Positions 9,005-17,931 of a stretch of DNA of 48,233 nucleotides are shown in pieces. The DNA comes from a virus (Duplodnaviria > Heunggongvirae > Uroviricota > Caudoviricetes), in IMG/VR virus record IMGVR_UViG_2974569193_000001, positions 172,702-220,934 of that record; one strand, given 5' to 3'. How positions within the stretch are numbered: position 1 is the stretch's first letter; each line of letters begins with the position of its first letter. The notes under the pieces were generated by a model. It made no database searches, had not been told where the DNA came from, and saw nothing but the letters and a program-made list of their open reading frames with translations. The translations under genes were made by a program, and so were the position numbers.

Positions 9005-9630
9005 TGTCGTTCGTCGACCGGATGCGGGCCTACCTGCAAGCGGACCTGGAGATCGTCAAGCACTTCACCGAGCGGTTCTTCGCCAAGCGTCCTGACGAGC
9101 CCGACGCGGGCGTCTCGCCGCAGCCCATGAAGCCCGCCCCGCCTGGGGCGGGGATGGGAAGCGGAACAATACCGGGCGGCGGCGGTGGTGGCGGCAACAC
9201 CCACTTCTACTATCCCGGCGTGGGTGGAGGCGGCGGCTATGCGACAGCGTCGGGCGGCAACGGCGGCGGCAGCTATAGTGGCTCATCCGGGCAGGTCCTG
9301 GCCTGCAATGGCCATGCCATGCCCTGGATGGTCGTATCGCCCGCAAAGTTGAAGTCCACCAAGCCGGCCGGCAGCTTCAAGGACCTCAACGCGACCGAGG
9401 AGGCGGTGGTCCACAACGTGGCCCAATACGAGGGCACCGAACTGGTCCGCGAGCGGGACGGGACGTTCTCCTATTGCCGCAGCGGGCTGGCGTTGGCCAA
9501 GGATCGCGTCAAGGCGCGTACCGTCAATGCCTTGATTTCAAAGAAATTTCTGGACGTGGTCGAGTTCGGCGACCGCGCCGAGGCCCTGGTCTGCAAGCTC
9601 GGCTCGAACATCTTGGTCCACGGCCGCTAG
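9004..9630 (+). CDS. Gly-rich protein with possible C-terminal winged-helix
   Basis: Poly-Gly tracts; RTVNALISKKFL. Confidence 0.75.
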   Translation: MSFVDRMRAYLQADLEIVKHFTERFFAKRPDEPDAGVSPQPMKPAPPGAGMGSGTIPGGGGGGGNTHFYYPGVGGGGGYATASGGNGGGSYSGSSGQVLACNGHAMPWMVVSPAKLKSTKPAGSFKDLNATEEAVVHNVAQYEGTELVRERDGTFSYCRSGLALAKDRVKARTVNALISKKFLDVVEFGDRAEALVCKLGSNILVHGR

Positions 9631-9637
9631 AAAGTGT

Positions 9638-9690
9638 TTGACAACACTCTCACGCCAACATAGAACCCTCCTCGACGACAACGAGGAGGG
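9638..9690 (+). promoter_or_regulatory. class A promoter (TTGACA 9638-N17-TAGAAC), forward operator 9642-9659, CGACGACAAC 9673-9682
   Basis: Motif match. Confidence 0.85.
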
Positions 9691-9694
9691 CCAT

Positions 9695-10114
9695 ATGGCT
9701 TACGACATTCCCGACCTGAGCGTGTTCACGTTCACCGACCCGTCGATGGAGAGCTTCGCCAAGGCTATGGTCTCGATGATCGAGGCCAACCAAGCGATCA
9801 TCGACCAATTCGCCGAGAGCCTGAGCAAGGACCCGATCCGCGCGCTGGAGCGCAGCCTGTCCGTCAAGCTGGCGGCCGTCCGCCAGAGCGAAGCCAACGA
9901 TGCCCTGGGCCATGTCCTGGACACGCTGCTGCACGGTGACGACAAGACCTGGGCCTACACCAAGCTCCAAATCCAGCAGTCGCTCACCTACCATGTGGTC
10001 TACGCCGCCGCGCACCCGTCGCGGTCGACCTGCGCCGAGACCAACGACATGGCGCGCTTCGAACTGCAAGCCAAGGCCGAGATGCTCGACCGCCTGATGA
10101 AGGGTCGCTTCTAA
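9695..10114 (+). CDS. hypothetical protein
   Basis: GAGGAGG RBS, ATG 9695. Confidence 0.85.
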   Translation: MAYDIPDLSVFTFTDPSMESFAKAMVSMIEANQAIIDQFAESLSKDPIRALERSLSVKLAAVRQSEANDALGHVLDTLLHGDDKTWAYTKLQIQQSLTYHVVYAAAHPSRSTCAETNDMARFELQAKAEMLDRLMKGRF

Positions 10115-10356
10115 TGCGCGGCGTCGACGTCAACGAGTCCTATCAGACCGAGCAGCGCTCGTTCGATGGGCAACTGGCCAGCAAGTACGGCGCCGCCTCG
10201 GGCGGACCGGACCTGACCCGCGAGCAGTGGCAGGCGATGCAGCGGGCCGACCGCAAGCGTTTCGCCGGCGTCACCATGGGCCTCTTCGTGTTCGTATTCT
10301 GCCTCGCCTGGGTGATCAACGATCTGACCGGCTTTGGCAACGCGCTGCCGTTCTGA
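10114..10356 (+). CDS. small membrane protein
   Basis: TAATG overlap; C-terminal hydrophobic helix. Confidence 0.75.
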   Translation: MRGVDVNESYQTEQRSFDGQLASKYGAASGGPDLTREQWQAMQRADRKRFAGVTMGLFVFVFCLAWVINDLTGFGNALPF

Positions 10357-10733
10357 TGAAGCCGCTCGACGAACGCATCCGCGAAGCTATCGCCACTCCT
10401 CGTCCGGCCTGGATCGAGAAGAAGGGCGACCGCTTCCACGTCATCACCAAGGGCGTGCTGTTCCCCAACACGCGCAACGCCCTCTCCAAGTCCTGGAGCC
10501 GCCGCGCCGGCGCCCTCGCCTGCATCCGCCAGGATTACCTCACCCTGCTGGAGGGCGACTGCCCGCTGCCGGAGGTGACCCAGGCCCAGCGCGACGCCTA
10601 CCAGTTCCAGGGGGCCGAGCGCCGCGAAGCCGTCGAGGCCCTGAGCCGCGAACTGGGCATCCACCAGGACGAAATCCGCCGCGCCCTGCGCAACCTCGAA
10701 GGGCGTGGCCTGATCCGTTTCGAGGCGCGCTGA
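10356..10733 (+). CDS. hypothetical protein with C-terminal winged-helix
   Basis: EALSRELGIHQDEIRRALRNLEGRGLI. Confidence 0.8.
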   Translation: MKPLDERIREAIATPRPAWIEKKGDRFHVITKGVLFPNTRNALSKSWSRRAGALACIRQDYLTLLEGDCPLPEVTQAQRDAYQFQGAERREAVEALSRELGIHQDEIRRALRNLEGRGLIRFEAR

Positions 10734-11038
10734 TGCAAATCCTGACCTTCGCCGAGTTCATCGCCATGCCCGACGGCGTCCTCTACCAGGAGGTCACCGA
10801 GTACGGCTCACCCGTCGCGGGACTGGCGATCCGCCACTCCGTCCTCTATGACGGCGACCGCCCGTTCGACTTCATCTACGAAGAGGTCCTCGCCCGGACC
10901 GCCGACGGTGAGATGGACGCCCCGCTGATCCTAGAAGGGCCGGGCACGGCGCGCTGGGGCCTGTTCGACTACGACCTTCGCTACATCGTCTACGAGGAGG
11001 CCGATCGCAAGGCCCTGGCCGCGAAGGTCCTCGGCTGA
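10733..11038 (+). CDS. hypothetical protein
   Basis: TGATG overlap. Confidence 0.8.
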   Translation: MQILTFAEFIAMPDGVLYQEVTEYGSPVAGLAIRHSVLYDGDRPFDFIYEEVLARTADGEMDAPLILEGPGTARWGLFDYDLRYIVYEEADRKALAAKVLG

Positions 11039-11043
11039 AGCAG

Positions 11044-11110
11044 CTTGGCGTTTGTGTGTTGACAGGGCAAGTCCGGTTCTGTAGACCTCTGCTCGACGAC
11101 AACGAGGAGG
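11044..11110 (+). promoter_or_regulatory. class A promoter (TTGACA 11059-N17-TAGACC), inverted operator 11044-11061, CGACGACAAC 11094-11103
   Basis: Motif match. Confidence 0.85.
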
Positions 11111-11115
11111 CCCCC

Positions 11116-11322
11116 ATGCCGCATCTGAGCAAGCAGTCCTACAGCTTCGGCTACACCAGCGACGCCCTGGCGGCGGCCGGCGAGTTCGAAGCCCTGACCA
11201 CTGAGTTCTATCGCTACGAGACCCGCTACCTCTACGACGCGTCTCGCGCGATCGTCGGCGTCGAGGTCCGCGTCATGGACGAGGACGGCTTCTTCGTCGG
11301 CTACGTCGCGGGCGAGGTCTAG
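11116..11322 (+). CDS. hypothetical protein
   Basis: GAGGAGG RBS. Confidence 0.8.
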   Translation: MPHLSKQSYSFGYTSDALAAAGEFEALTTEFYRYETRYLYDASRAIVGVEVRVMDEDGFFVGYVAGEV

Positions 11323-11325
11323 CCC

Positions 11326-11721
11326 ATGCAGAACCACACCATCGATCCGCGCATCGGCGTCCTCAACTCGGGCGTCTACTACGCTTTCGTCGACGGCTAT
11401 CACAAGCCCGAGACGCGCGGCACGCTCGAAGAAGTCGAGATCGCCCTGGGCGTTCGCAAGCCCAAGCCCGCGCCGGCTCCCCTGGTGGAAGTCCAGGGCC
11501 GGGGCGGTCGCGTCTCGGTGCAGTTCGGCACCATCAACGGCAAGCCCCTGACTCTGACGATCAGCGAGGCCGACAGCGTCTGCGCCGACGTCGAGTGCGG
11601 GCGCCACGGCTGCTCGCTGGCGCTGCTGGACGACTTCGGCACGATCGGCGAGGACGGTCCCCGCGTCTCCCAGAAGACCATCGACAAGATGATCGACTGG
11701 GCGCTGACGAAGGGGTGGTAG
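11326..11721 (+). CDS. hypothetical protein
   Basis: ORF in operon. Confidence 0.8.
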   Translation: MQNHTIDPRIGVLNSGVYYAFVDGYHKPETRGTLEEVEIALGVRKPKPAPAPLVEVQGRGGRVSVQFGTINGKPLTLTISEADSVCADVECGRHGCSLALLDDFGTIGEDGPRVSQKTIDKMIDWALTKGW

Positions 11722-11931
11722 ATGAGCACCACGCGCCTCACCGCCGAGGTCATGGAGGCCATGAAGAGCACCAACGACCCGTCGCTCCAGGAGCGCCGCG
11801 TTGGCGCCGCCATGGCCGAATACGCCGGCGATCCTGACACCTTCGATCTCGAAGGCCTGAGCCCGATGGCTCGTCGGGTCGTCCATGAAATCACGCTGGA
11901 CCTGCGGGCGCGCCTGCGCCTGTCTGCATGA
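11722..11931 (+). CDS. hypothetical protein
   Basis: Abuts upstream TAG. Confidence 0.7.
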   Translation: MSTTRLTAEVMEAMKSTNDPSLQERRVGAAMAEYAGDPDTFDLEGLSPMARRVVHEITLDLRARLRLSA

Positions 11932-11957
11932 AATTTTAATCCGGAGAGGGCCTTAAG

Positions 11958-13991
11958 TTGCTGAATTTCCAACCGTTTAAGACGGCCGTGGCGGCGCAGT
12001 TCGCCAAGATGTCCAAGGGCCAACTCTACCGCGTCGAGGTCGACAAGGACCTCCTGTGGCAAACCTATCTCGCCGCCTTCCCGCCGGGCACGGACCCGAT
12101 GTTCCGCGCGCGCACCGAGCACAACTGCTCGTGCTGCCGCGCCTTCGTGCGCCAGGGCGGCGACGTCGTGGCCATCGTCGACAACAAGATCGTCACCCTG
12201 TGGGACATCACCATTCCGGGCGAGCCGGCCTACCAGCAGGTCGCCGACAGCCTCGCGGGCCTGATCCGCTCGCGGCCGATCGCCGACGTTTTCCTGCACG
12301 ACCAGAAGTCGATCGGCACCGACCGCAGCGTCGAGTCGATGCTGGGCGGCGACGTGACCTGGAACCACTTCTACTGCGACGTGCCCGAGCGCTTCGTCAA
12401 GAAGCGCGCCGACATCCCCACGGCGCTGCACGAGCCGCGCATGGCGGCCGAGACGCTGCTGCGCGCGGTCACCGAAATCAGCCGCGAGGCGGTCGAGACC
12501 GTGCTCGAACTGGTCGCCCAGAAGTCGGTCTACCGGATCGAGGAGCACAAGGCGACGGTCGAGGCCTTCCGGGCGATGCAGAACAGCTTCGCCGGCAAGT
12601 CGGGCCTGGACGCGACCCTGCACGCCTGGACCACGGCCACCAAGGGCGAGGTCTGGGGTTCGGTGATCGGCATCAAGAACACCGTCATCGGCTCGCTGCT
12701 GCTCGACCTGTCGGGCGACATGGAGATCGAGGACGCGGTCAAGAAGTACGAGACCAAGGTCGCGCCGCAGAACTACAAGCGCACCTCGACGATCGCCACC
12801 AAGCGCCAGATCGAGGCCGCCAAGAAGACGCTGGAAGACCTGGGCCTGACCTCGGCCCTGGAGCGCCGCTATGCCGTCCTGACGGACGTGTCGATTAACG
12901 ACGTCCTGTTCGCTGATCGCTCGGCCAAGGCGGCGCTGAACGCGGACGTGTTCTCGGAGATGGCGGCCGAGGTGGGCGAGAAGACCAAGTCGTTCGACAA
13001 GGTCGAGGAGGTCCCGATCGACCGCTTCCTGAGCGACATCCTGCCCAAGGTCACCTCGATCGAGGCCCTGGTCGAGAACCGTCTGGCGGGCAACTTCGTC
13101 AGCCTGATCGCGCCCAAGAACCCGACGGCCGGCAACCTCTTCAAGTGGGGCAACAACTTCTCCTGGTCCTACGCGGGCGAGGTTGCCGACTCCATCAAGC
13201 AGCGCGTCAAAGCGGCGGGCGGCAACGTCTCGGGCGACCTCTGCTGCCGTCTGGGCTGGTACAACTACGACGACCTCGACTTCCACATGTTCGAGCCGGG
13301 CGGTGGTCACATCAACTTCCGCAACAAGCGCTCGGGCGCCACTGGCGGCCAACTGGACGTCGACATGAACGCTGGGCGCGGCACCACGCGCGCGCCGGTC
13401 GAGAACATCTTCTATGGCGATCGCCGCCGGATGAAGGAGGGCGTCTACGAACTGAAGGTCCACCAGTTCGACAACCGCGATCAGCCGCGTGATCCGGGCT
13501 TCGAGGTCGAGATCGACTACCTGGGCGCGGTGACCAAGTTCAGCTACGCCAAGGCTTTGCGCCTGGGCGAATACGTCACGATCGCCAAGTTCAAGTACAC
13601 CCACGCTGGTGGCGTGGAGTTCATCTCGTCTCTGCCGTCGTCCTCGGCCAGCAAGGACGTCTGGGGCGTGAAGACCGAGACCTTCCGCAAGGTCAACGTC
13701 GTCATGCTGTCGCCCAATTTCTGGGACGGCGAGCCGGGCGTGGGCAACAAGCACTTCTTCTTCATGCTGGAGGGCGGCATCAACGAGGACGGCGCGCGCG
13801 GCTTCTACAACGAGTTCCTCAAGGACTCGCTGAGCCCGCACCGCCGCGTCTTCGAGATGCTGGGCTCCAAGCTGAAGCCGGCGCCGGCCGCCGAGCAACT
13901 CTCGGGCCTGGGCTTCTCGTCGTCCAAGCCTGACACCCTGACCGTCAAGGTCTCGGGGGCTTTCACCCGCGTTCTCAAGATCAAGTTCTAG
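11958..13991 (+). CDS. 677-aa phage protein with HxCxCC motif and C-terminal YfaP/DUF2135-like segment
   Basis: GGAGAGG RBS + TTG; HNCSCC; DDLDFHMFEPGG...GGQLDVDMN...PVENI. Confidence 0.85.
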   Translation: MLNFQPFKTAVAAQFAKMSKGQLYRVEVDKDLLWQTYLAAFPPGTDPMFRARTEHNCSCCRAFVRQGGDVVAIVDNKIVTLWDITIPGEPAYQQVADSLAGLIRSRPIADVFLHDQKSIGTDRSVESMLGGDVTWNHFYCDVPERFVKKRADIPTALHEPRMAAETLLRAVTEISREAVETVLELVAQKSVYRIEEHKATVEAFRAMQNSFAGKSGLDATLHAWTTATKGEVWGSVIGIKNTVIGSLLLDLSGDMEIEDAVKKYETKVAPQNYKRTSTIATKRQIEAAKKTLEDLGLTSALERRYAVLTDVSINDVLFADRSAKAALNADVFSEMAAEVGEKTKSFDKVEEVPIDRFLSDILPKVTSIEALVENRLAGNFVSLIAPKNPTAGNLFKWGNNFSWSYAGEVADSIKQRVKAAGGNVSGDLCCRLGWYNYDDLDFHMFEPGGGHINFRNKRSGATGGQLDVDMNAGRGTTRAPVENIFYGDRRRMKEGVYELKVHQFDNRDQPRDPGFEVEIDYLGAVTKFSYAKALRLGEYVTIAKFKYTHAGGVEFISSLPSSSASKDVWGVKTETFRKVNVVMLSPNFWDGEPGVGNKHFFFMLEGGINEDGARGFYNEFLKDSLSPHRRVFEMLGSKLKPAPAAEQLSGLGFSSSKPDTLTVKVSGAFTRVLKIKF

Positions 13992-14003
13992 GAAAGGAAG
14001 ACC

Positions 14004-14420
14004 ATGGAAAACATCTTCGAAGTCGCCTCGCGCGAGAAGTACCGCTACGAATCCGCTAAGGGCCTCATCACCACCGAGGACCTGTGGGACCTGCCGCTGA
14101 CCAGCGACACGGGCAAGGCCAACCTGAACGACATCGCCGTCGGCCTGTTCAAGCAGGTCAAGGACCTGGACGACATCTCGTTCGTCAAGCCCAAGACGCT
14201 CGACAAGACCGTCGCCCCGCGCCTGGAGATCGTCAAGGCGGTGATCGCCTACCGCCAGGACGAGAACCGCAAGAAGCTGGAAGCCAGCACCAAGCGCGAG
14301 ACCGCCCGCATCCTGCAAGAAGCCATCAGCGCCAAGCGCTCCGAGAAGATCGCCGGCACCCCGCTGGAAGAACTCGAAGCGCAACTGGCTGCGCTGAAGG
14401 CCGAGGGCGTCGAAGCCTAA
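14004..14420 (+). CDS. 138-aa helical partner protein
   Basis: GGAAAGGA RBS; TEDLWDLPL motif; coiled-coil-like C-terminus. Confidence 0.88.
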   Translation: MENIFEVASREKYRYESAKGLITTEDLWDLPLTSDTGKANLNDIAVGLFKQVKDLDDISFVKPKTLDKTVAPRLEIVKAVIAYRQDENRKKLEASTKRETARILQEAISAKRSEKIAGTPLEELEAQLAALKAEGVEA

Positions 14421-14427
14421 TCGGCTG

Positions 14428-14480
14428 TTGACAACACTCTAACGCCAACATAGAAGGGCCTCCGACGACAACGCCGGAGG
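14428..14480 (+). promoter_or_regulatory. class A promoter (TTGACA 14428-N17-TAGAAG), forward operator 14432-14449, CGACGACAAC 14463-14472
   Basis: Motif match. Confidence 0.85.
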
Positions 14481-14488
14481 CCCTTTTC

Positions 14489-14827
14489 ATGCAAGCCGAG
14501 AACTACACGCAGAACCTGAGCGACTGGTCCCAGTACCGCAACAACGGGCGCGGCGGCTGCGGCCTCAAGCGCGCCGAGGGCACAATCTCCAAGCGCGCCT
14601 ATGAGCGGCTGATCCGCGAGGCCAAGCGCGACTTCCTGTCGGGCTTCGACATCGACTGGTCCAAGTACGGCGAGCCGACCGTCACCTTCTACGACATGCT
14701 GACCGCCCAGATCGAGTGGCCTAACCTGAAATCGGGTCAGTTGATCACGCTGACCCATATTTGGTTCGAGCGGAAGACCGGCGAAATCCTCCAGGCCGGC
14801 TCCAACCACGGGAGCCTGACCCTGTGA
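14489..14827 (+). CDS. hypothetical protein
   Basis: GGAGG RBS. Confidence 0.85.
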   Translation: MQAENYTQNLSDWSQYRNNGRGGCGLKRAEGTISKRAYERLIREAKRDFLSGFDIDWSKYGEPTVTFYDMLTAQIEWPNLKSGQLITLTHIWFERKTGEILQAGSNHGSLTL

Positions 14828-15300
14828 GCGAGACCCCCAAGGCCTTCAAGACCTTCACCGCCGACGAGGTCGCCGCCGCCATGGCGGCCCAGAACCGCGC
14901 CAACCGTCGCCTGGAAGCTCGGGCGGTCGAGAAGGAGCGCGAGGCCGGCGAGCGCCGCCAGCAAATCGCCCTGGACGACCTGCGCCGCCAGATGATGGCC
15001 GGCGCCCGCGCCAACGTCGAGCGTGGCGTGTACACGCTGTCGACTCTGGAGTGCGACGAGTACCGCCACACCAACGTGGTGCTGGCCGAGGTCCGCACCC
15101 GCGTCTTCGCCGCCCGGCTGTCGTTCTCGGACGAGGACGCGGCCTGGACGATCGAGGCGATCATCCGCCGCTTCCCCGGCGGGCCGGCTCGCGTCCTGGA
15201 GAAGGAAGTCCTGACGCAGCAGGCGGCCTGGGACTTCTACAACGAGATCATCGAACGCTTCTACAACACCGCCGGCTTCATCTGCCGCGTCGATTACTAG
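14824..15300 (+). CDS. hypothetical protein
   Basis: GTGA overlap. Confidence 0.8.
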   Translation: MSETPKAFKTFTADEVAAAMAAQNRANRRLEARAVEKEREAGERRQQIALDDLRRQMMAGARANVERGVYTLSTLECDEYRHTNVVLAEVRTRVFAARLSFSDEDAAWTIEAIIRRFPGGPARVLEKEVLTQQAAWDFYNEIIERFYNTAGFICRVDY

Positions 15301-15314
15301 GGAGGGACCCCGAC

Positions 15315-15779
15315 ATGATGGCTCACCTGATCCTCAACACCGCCCAGCAGCGCACCATGAACGAGGTGTCCGACGCGCTGGCCTACCTGATCCGCAACGA
15401 CGGCGATCCCAACAGCGCCGGCGAGGGCTACTACAACATGCTGCACCTGGACCGGATCGCCGACGACGTCACGGGCCTGTTCGCCCCCGTCGGCGAGCGT
15501 CCCCTGGCCAGGACGCTGTTCGACGTCCAGGCGACCTTCCGGGGCTACTGGAAGGGCCAGTACCCGAAGGTCGACACCCTGAAGAAATGGGCCGGCGAGG
15601 TCAAGCCGCACTTCAAGAGCCTGGAGCGGGTGCGCTACATCAACCGCCCGCCGGTCGAGCCCAAGACCGTCCGCGAGGAGGTCATGGCCAAGCTCTCCAA
15701 GAGCTATACCCAGGCCGAGATCGCCGTCTTCCTGGGGAACCTAGAGCAGCACGGCTTCGCGGTGGTCAAGGCCGGCTAA
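15315..15779 (+). CDS. hypothetical protein
   Basis: GGAGGG RBS. Confidence 0.8.
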   Translation: MMAHLILNTAQQRTMNEVSDALAYLIRNDGDPNSAGEGYYNMLHLDRIADDVTGLFAPVGERPLARTLFDVQATFRGYWKGQYPKVDTLKKWAGEVKPHFKSLERVRYINRPPVEPKTVREEVMAKLSKSYTQAEIAVFLGNLEQHGFAVVKAG

Positions 15780-15785
15780 AACTTT

Positions 15786-15852
15786 GTTGGCGCGAGAGTG
15801 TTGACAGAAGCGTCCTGACGCCATAGAACCCTCTCGACGACAACGAAGGAGG
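15786..15852 (+). promoter_or_regulatory. class A promoter (TTGACA 15801-N17-TAGAAC), inverted operator 15786-15803, CGACGACAAC 15835-15844
   Basis: Operator is the exact reverse complement of 17843-17860. Confidence 0.88.
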
Positions 15853-15857
15853 CCCCG

Positions 15858-16244
15858 ATGGGCGCGCAACTGGAAATCAAGGAAGTCTTCGCCGCCTCGC
15901 AGGACGCCGTCTATTCCTGGCGTGGCGAGGAAGGTGACGAGTATCGCGTGATGAGCCTCGTTCACGTCCAGACGATGGACGGCCGCTGGTTCCTGATGCC
16001 GGCCATGCGTCCCTACTCGGACGTCGAGCGCTTCGACTTCGAGATGGCCTGCGAGGGCGAACCCCTCTTCGGCATGGCGATCGTCTACTGGGACGCCGAG
16101 GCCTTCGCCGCCAAGGTCCGCGCGCGGGGCGTGATCCGCCCGGAGTTCTGGGTCGAGTACGAGCCCGACACCCGCACGACCGAGCAGCGCTTCGAGGACA
16201 TGTGGATCGAAGAGCAGTACGACCGCATGGGGTACGCCGCATGA
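15858..16244 (+). CDS. hypothetical protein
   Basis: AAGGAGG RBS. Confidence 0.85.
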   Translation: MGAQLEIKEVFAASQDAVYSWRGEEGDEYRVMSLVHVQTMDGRWFLMPAMRPYSDVERFDFEMACEGEPLFGMAIVYWDAEAFAAKVRARGVIRPEFWVEYEPDTRTTEQRFEDMWIEEQYDRMGYAA

Positions 16245-16483
16245 GCGCCCGCCGGAAGCAGACCGTGATCGACAAGCTGGATAAGACCTACAAGTCGATC
16301 CAGGCCCAGCAACAGCGGGGCGTCAACTGGGGCACCAAGGCGTGCCTGGAACTGGTCGATCGCTACAACGATCTGAAGGCCCAGGCCACGCGCGTCGGCG
16401 GCCATAGCAACCCCGAGTGGAAGGCCTACTGCGAGCGTCACGGCTCCAGCGTCGCCCACGACGGCTACGATCTGTGGGCGTGA
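16241..16483 (+). CDS. hypothetical protein
   Basis: ATGA overlap. Confidence 0.8.
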   Translation: MSARRKQTVIDKLDKTYKSIQAQQQRGVNWGTKACLELVDRYNDLKAQATRVGGHSNPEWKAYCERHGSSVAHDGYDLWA

Positions 16484-16485
16484 CC

Positions 16486-16680
16486 ATGTCCCGCACCGTC
16501 AAGGTCGAGCGGGGCAAGACGACCTACTACGTCACCATCGACGAGGCCGGAGAGGTCATCGCGATCTCGGGCGTGGCGGTGGTCGGCAAGGTCCCGCGCT
16601 ACAAGGGCGGCACCCGCCGCGTGCCCTGGAGCGGCGCGCATTGGCACGCCGGCTACAAGACCCGATCCCGCAACAACTGA
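16486..16680 (+). CDS. hypothetical protein, possibly frameshifted (natural end may be 16727)
   Basis: -1 frame continues to a TGA overlapping the next start. Confidence 0.6.
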   Translation: MSRTVKVERGKTTYYVTIDEAGEVIAISGVAVVGKVPRYKGGTRRVPWSGAHWHAGYKTRSRNN

Positions 16681-16723
16681 AGCCGATCGCCGACGAGGCG
16701 ATCCAGCAGAAGGAGGCCCAGGC

Positions 16724-17074
16724 TTGAGCCCGCAGCAAATCACCAGAGAGGAAGCGTCGCAGTTGATCGACGACCTCCAGACCACGTTTTCGACCCTGCG
16801 GATGCAGATCGGGCCGGCGAACGACGACATCTCCCAGGAGCGCCTCAAGCGCCTGCTGGCCTATGTCGAGCAGGACCCCGACGTCCCGCCAATCGAGGCC
16901 TACGTAAAGCGGGCCATCAGCCCGAAGTTCCGGGCCGAGATGGTCAAGCACGCTGAGCGCTGCGACGGCGAGGTCGACCTCATGAAGGGCGGCCCCTATA
17001 CCCGCACGACCTGGGTCCACAGGCGTTCGGCCGATATCCTGCGCAAGCTCGTCACCTTCCTGGATAAGGACTGA
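16724..17074 (+). CDS. hypothetical protein
   Basis: AAGGAGG RBS + TTG. Confidence 0.8.
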   Translation: MSPQQITREEASQLIDDLQTTFSTLRMQIGPANDDISQERLKRLLAYVEQDPDVPPIEAYVKRAISPKFRAEMVKHAERCDGEVDLMKGGPYTRTTWVHRRSADILRKLVTFLDKD

Positions 17075-17076
17075 TC

Positions 17077-17532
17077 ATGTCCGGAACCCTTCTCTGCCTC
17101 AATCCCGACGGCGCCAACTTCCAGGCCCAGGCCGTGCTCGCGGTGGTCCGCGACATGCTCGGCGAGGACTTCGAGCCGTCCTGGGACGCCAAGCTGGGCC
17201 GCCACCTCGCCGAGCCCCGGCTCGCCCGCTTCGACTCCGCTCGCCTCGCCGGCTACGTGATCTGGATGCGCGACTACCGCGCCATCGCCTGGGCGGGGGT
17301 CGGGGCCGGCCGGCAGATCAATATCGCGTTCTACCAACATGGCGTCAGCGACGAGATCATCGTCAACGCCTGGACCGGCGAGACCGAGGACAACCTGCCG
17401 CCCAACCATCGCGACATCCCAGACAACGACGACATGGCCACGCGCGGCGTCTTCAAGCAGCGTGAGGTCGTCCCGGCGGCGCAGTTGATCGTCGACGTCC
17501 TGACGGACTTCTGGGAGGCCGGCAACACATGA
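17077..17532 (+). CDS. hypothetical protein
   Basis: AAGGA RBS. Confidence 0.8.
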   Translation: MSGTLLCLNPDGANFQAQAVLAVVRDMLGEDFEPSWDAKLGRHLAEPRLARFDSARLAGYVIWMRDYRAIAWAGVGAGRQINIAFYQHGVSDEIIVNAWTGETEDNLPPNHRDIPDNDDMATRGVFKQREVVPAAQLIVDVLTDFWEAGNT

Positions 17533-17864
17533 CCGACTACGACGCCTGCCTGACTAACTGGGTCGTCTGCCTGACGCCGATCCCGGTCGTCGTCCGGGGC
17601 GACGCCGCGCCCGAGCCGGGCGTGGTGCTCGTCGGCGAGATCATGCAGGACCGGAAGGGGCGCTGGCCGGACGGTCGTCTCGTTCACACCTCGGTGCTCC
17701 TGAGCGCGCGGGCGCTGATCAAGCCGGGCGAGGTCGTGCGCACCCTGCGCAGCCACTACCTACTGGGCCGGCCCGCCGAGGAGATCACCCTGCGCCATAG
17801 CTTGGGGGCTATGTTCGCCCAGGTCGTCATCCAACCGCTTGACAACACTCTCGCGCCAACCTAG
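17529..17864 (+). CDS. hypothetical protein (LxGxI...DG..HTS...RT..S.Y.LG motif)
   Basis: ATGA overlap; 3' end runs through the next promoter. Confidence 0.75.
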   Translation: MTDYDACLTNWVVCLTPIPVVVRGDAAPEPGVVLVGEIMQDRKGRWPDGRLVHTSVLLSARALIKPGEVVRTLRSHYLLGRPAEEITLRHSLGAMFAQVVIQPLDNTLAPT

Positions 17865-17926
17865 AAGGGTCGTCGACGACAACGCCTGTCCGAAATTTGT
17901 ACACATTTTTCGGACATCAGAGGAGG
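17839..17926 (+). promoter_or_regulatory. class A promoter (TTGACA 17839-N17-TAGAAG), forward operator 17843-17860, CGACGACAAC 17874-17883, plus 30-bp palindrome 17887-17916
   Basis: Motif match; TGTCCGAAA...TTTCGGACA. Confidence 0.85.
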
Positions 17927-17931
17927 TCCCG

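Noticed and set aside
11931-11980. Three TTAA sites near the 677-aa gene start as a CtrA box
   Set aside because: Spacings are 13 and 20 nt, not 7; no matching -10 geometry.
11400-14384. 994-aa minus-strand ORF
   Set aside because: Antisense shadow of the 11958 and 14004 genes; no RBS or recognisable motif; expected from GC-rich codon bias.
1261-17864. ORF-track starts 'MTTLSRQ...' at 1261, 9638 and 17839 suggesting a repeated N-terminal peptide
   Set aside because: They are translations of the repeated promoter (TTG of the -35 box); real starts lie after the Shine-Dalgarno sequences.
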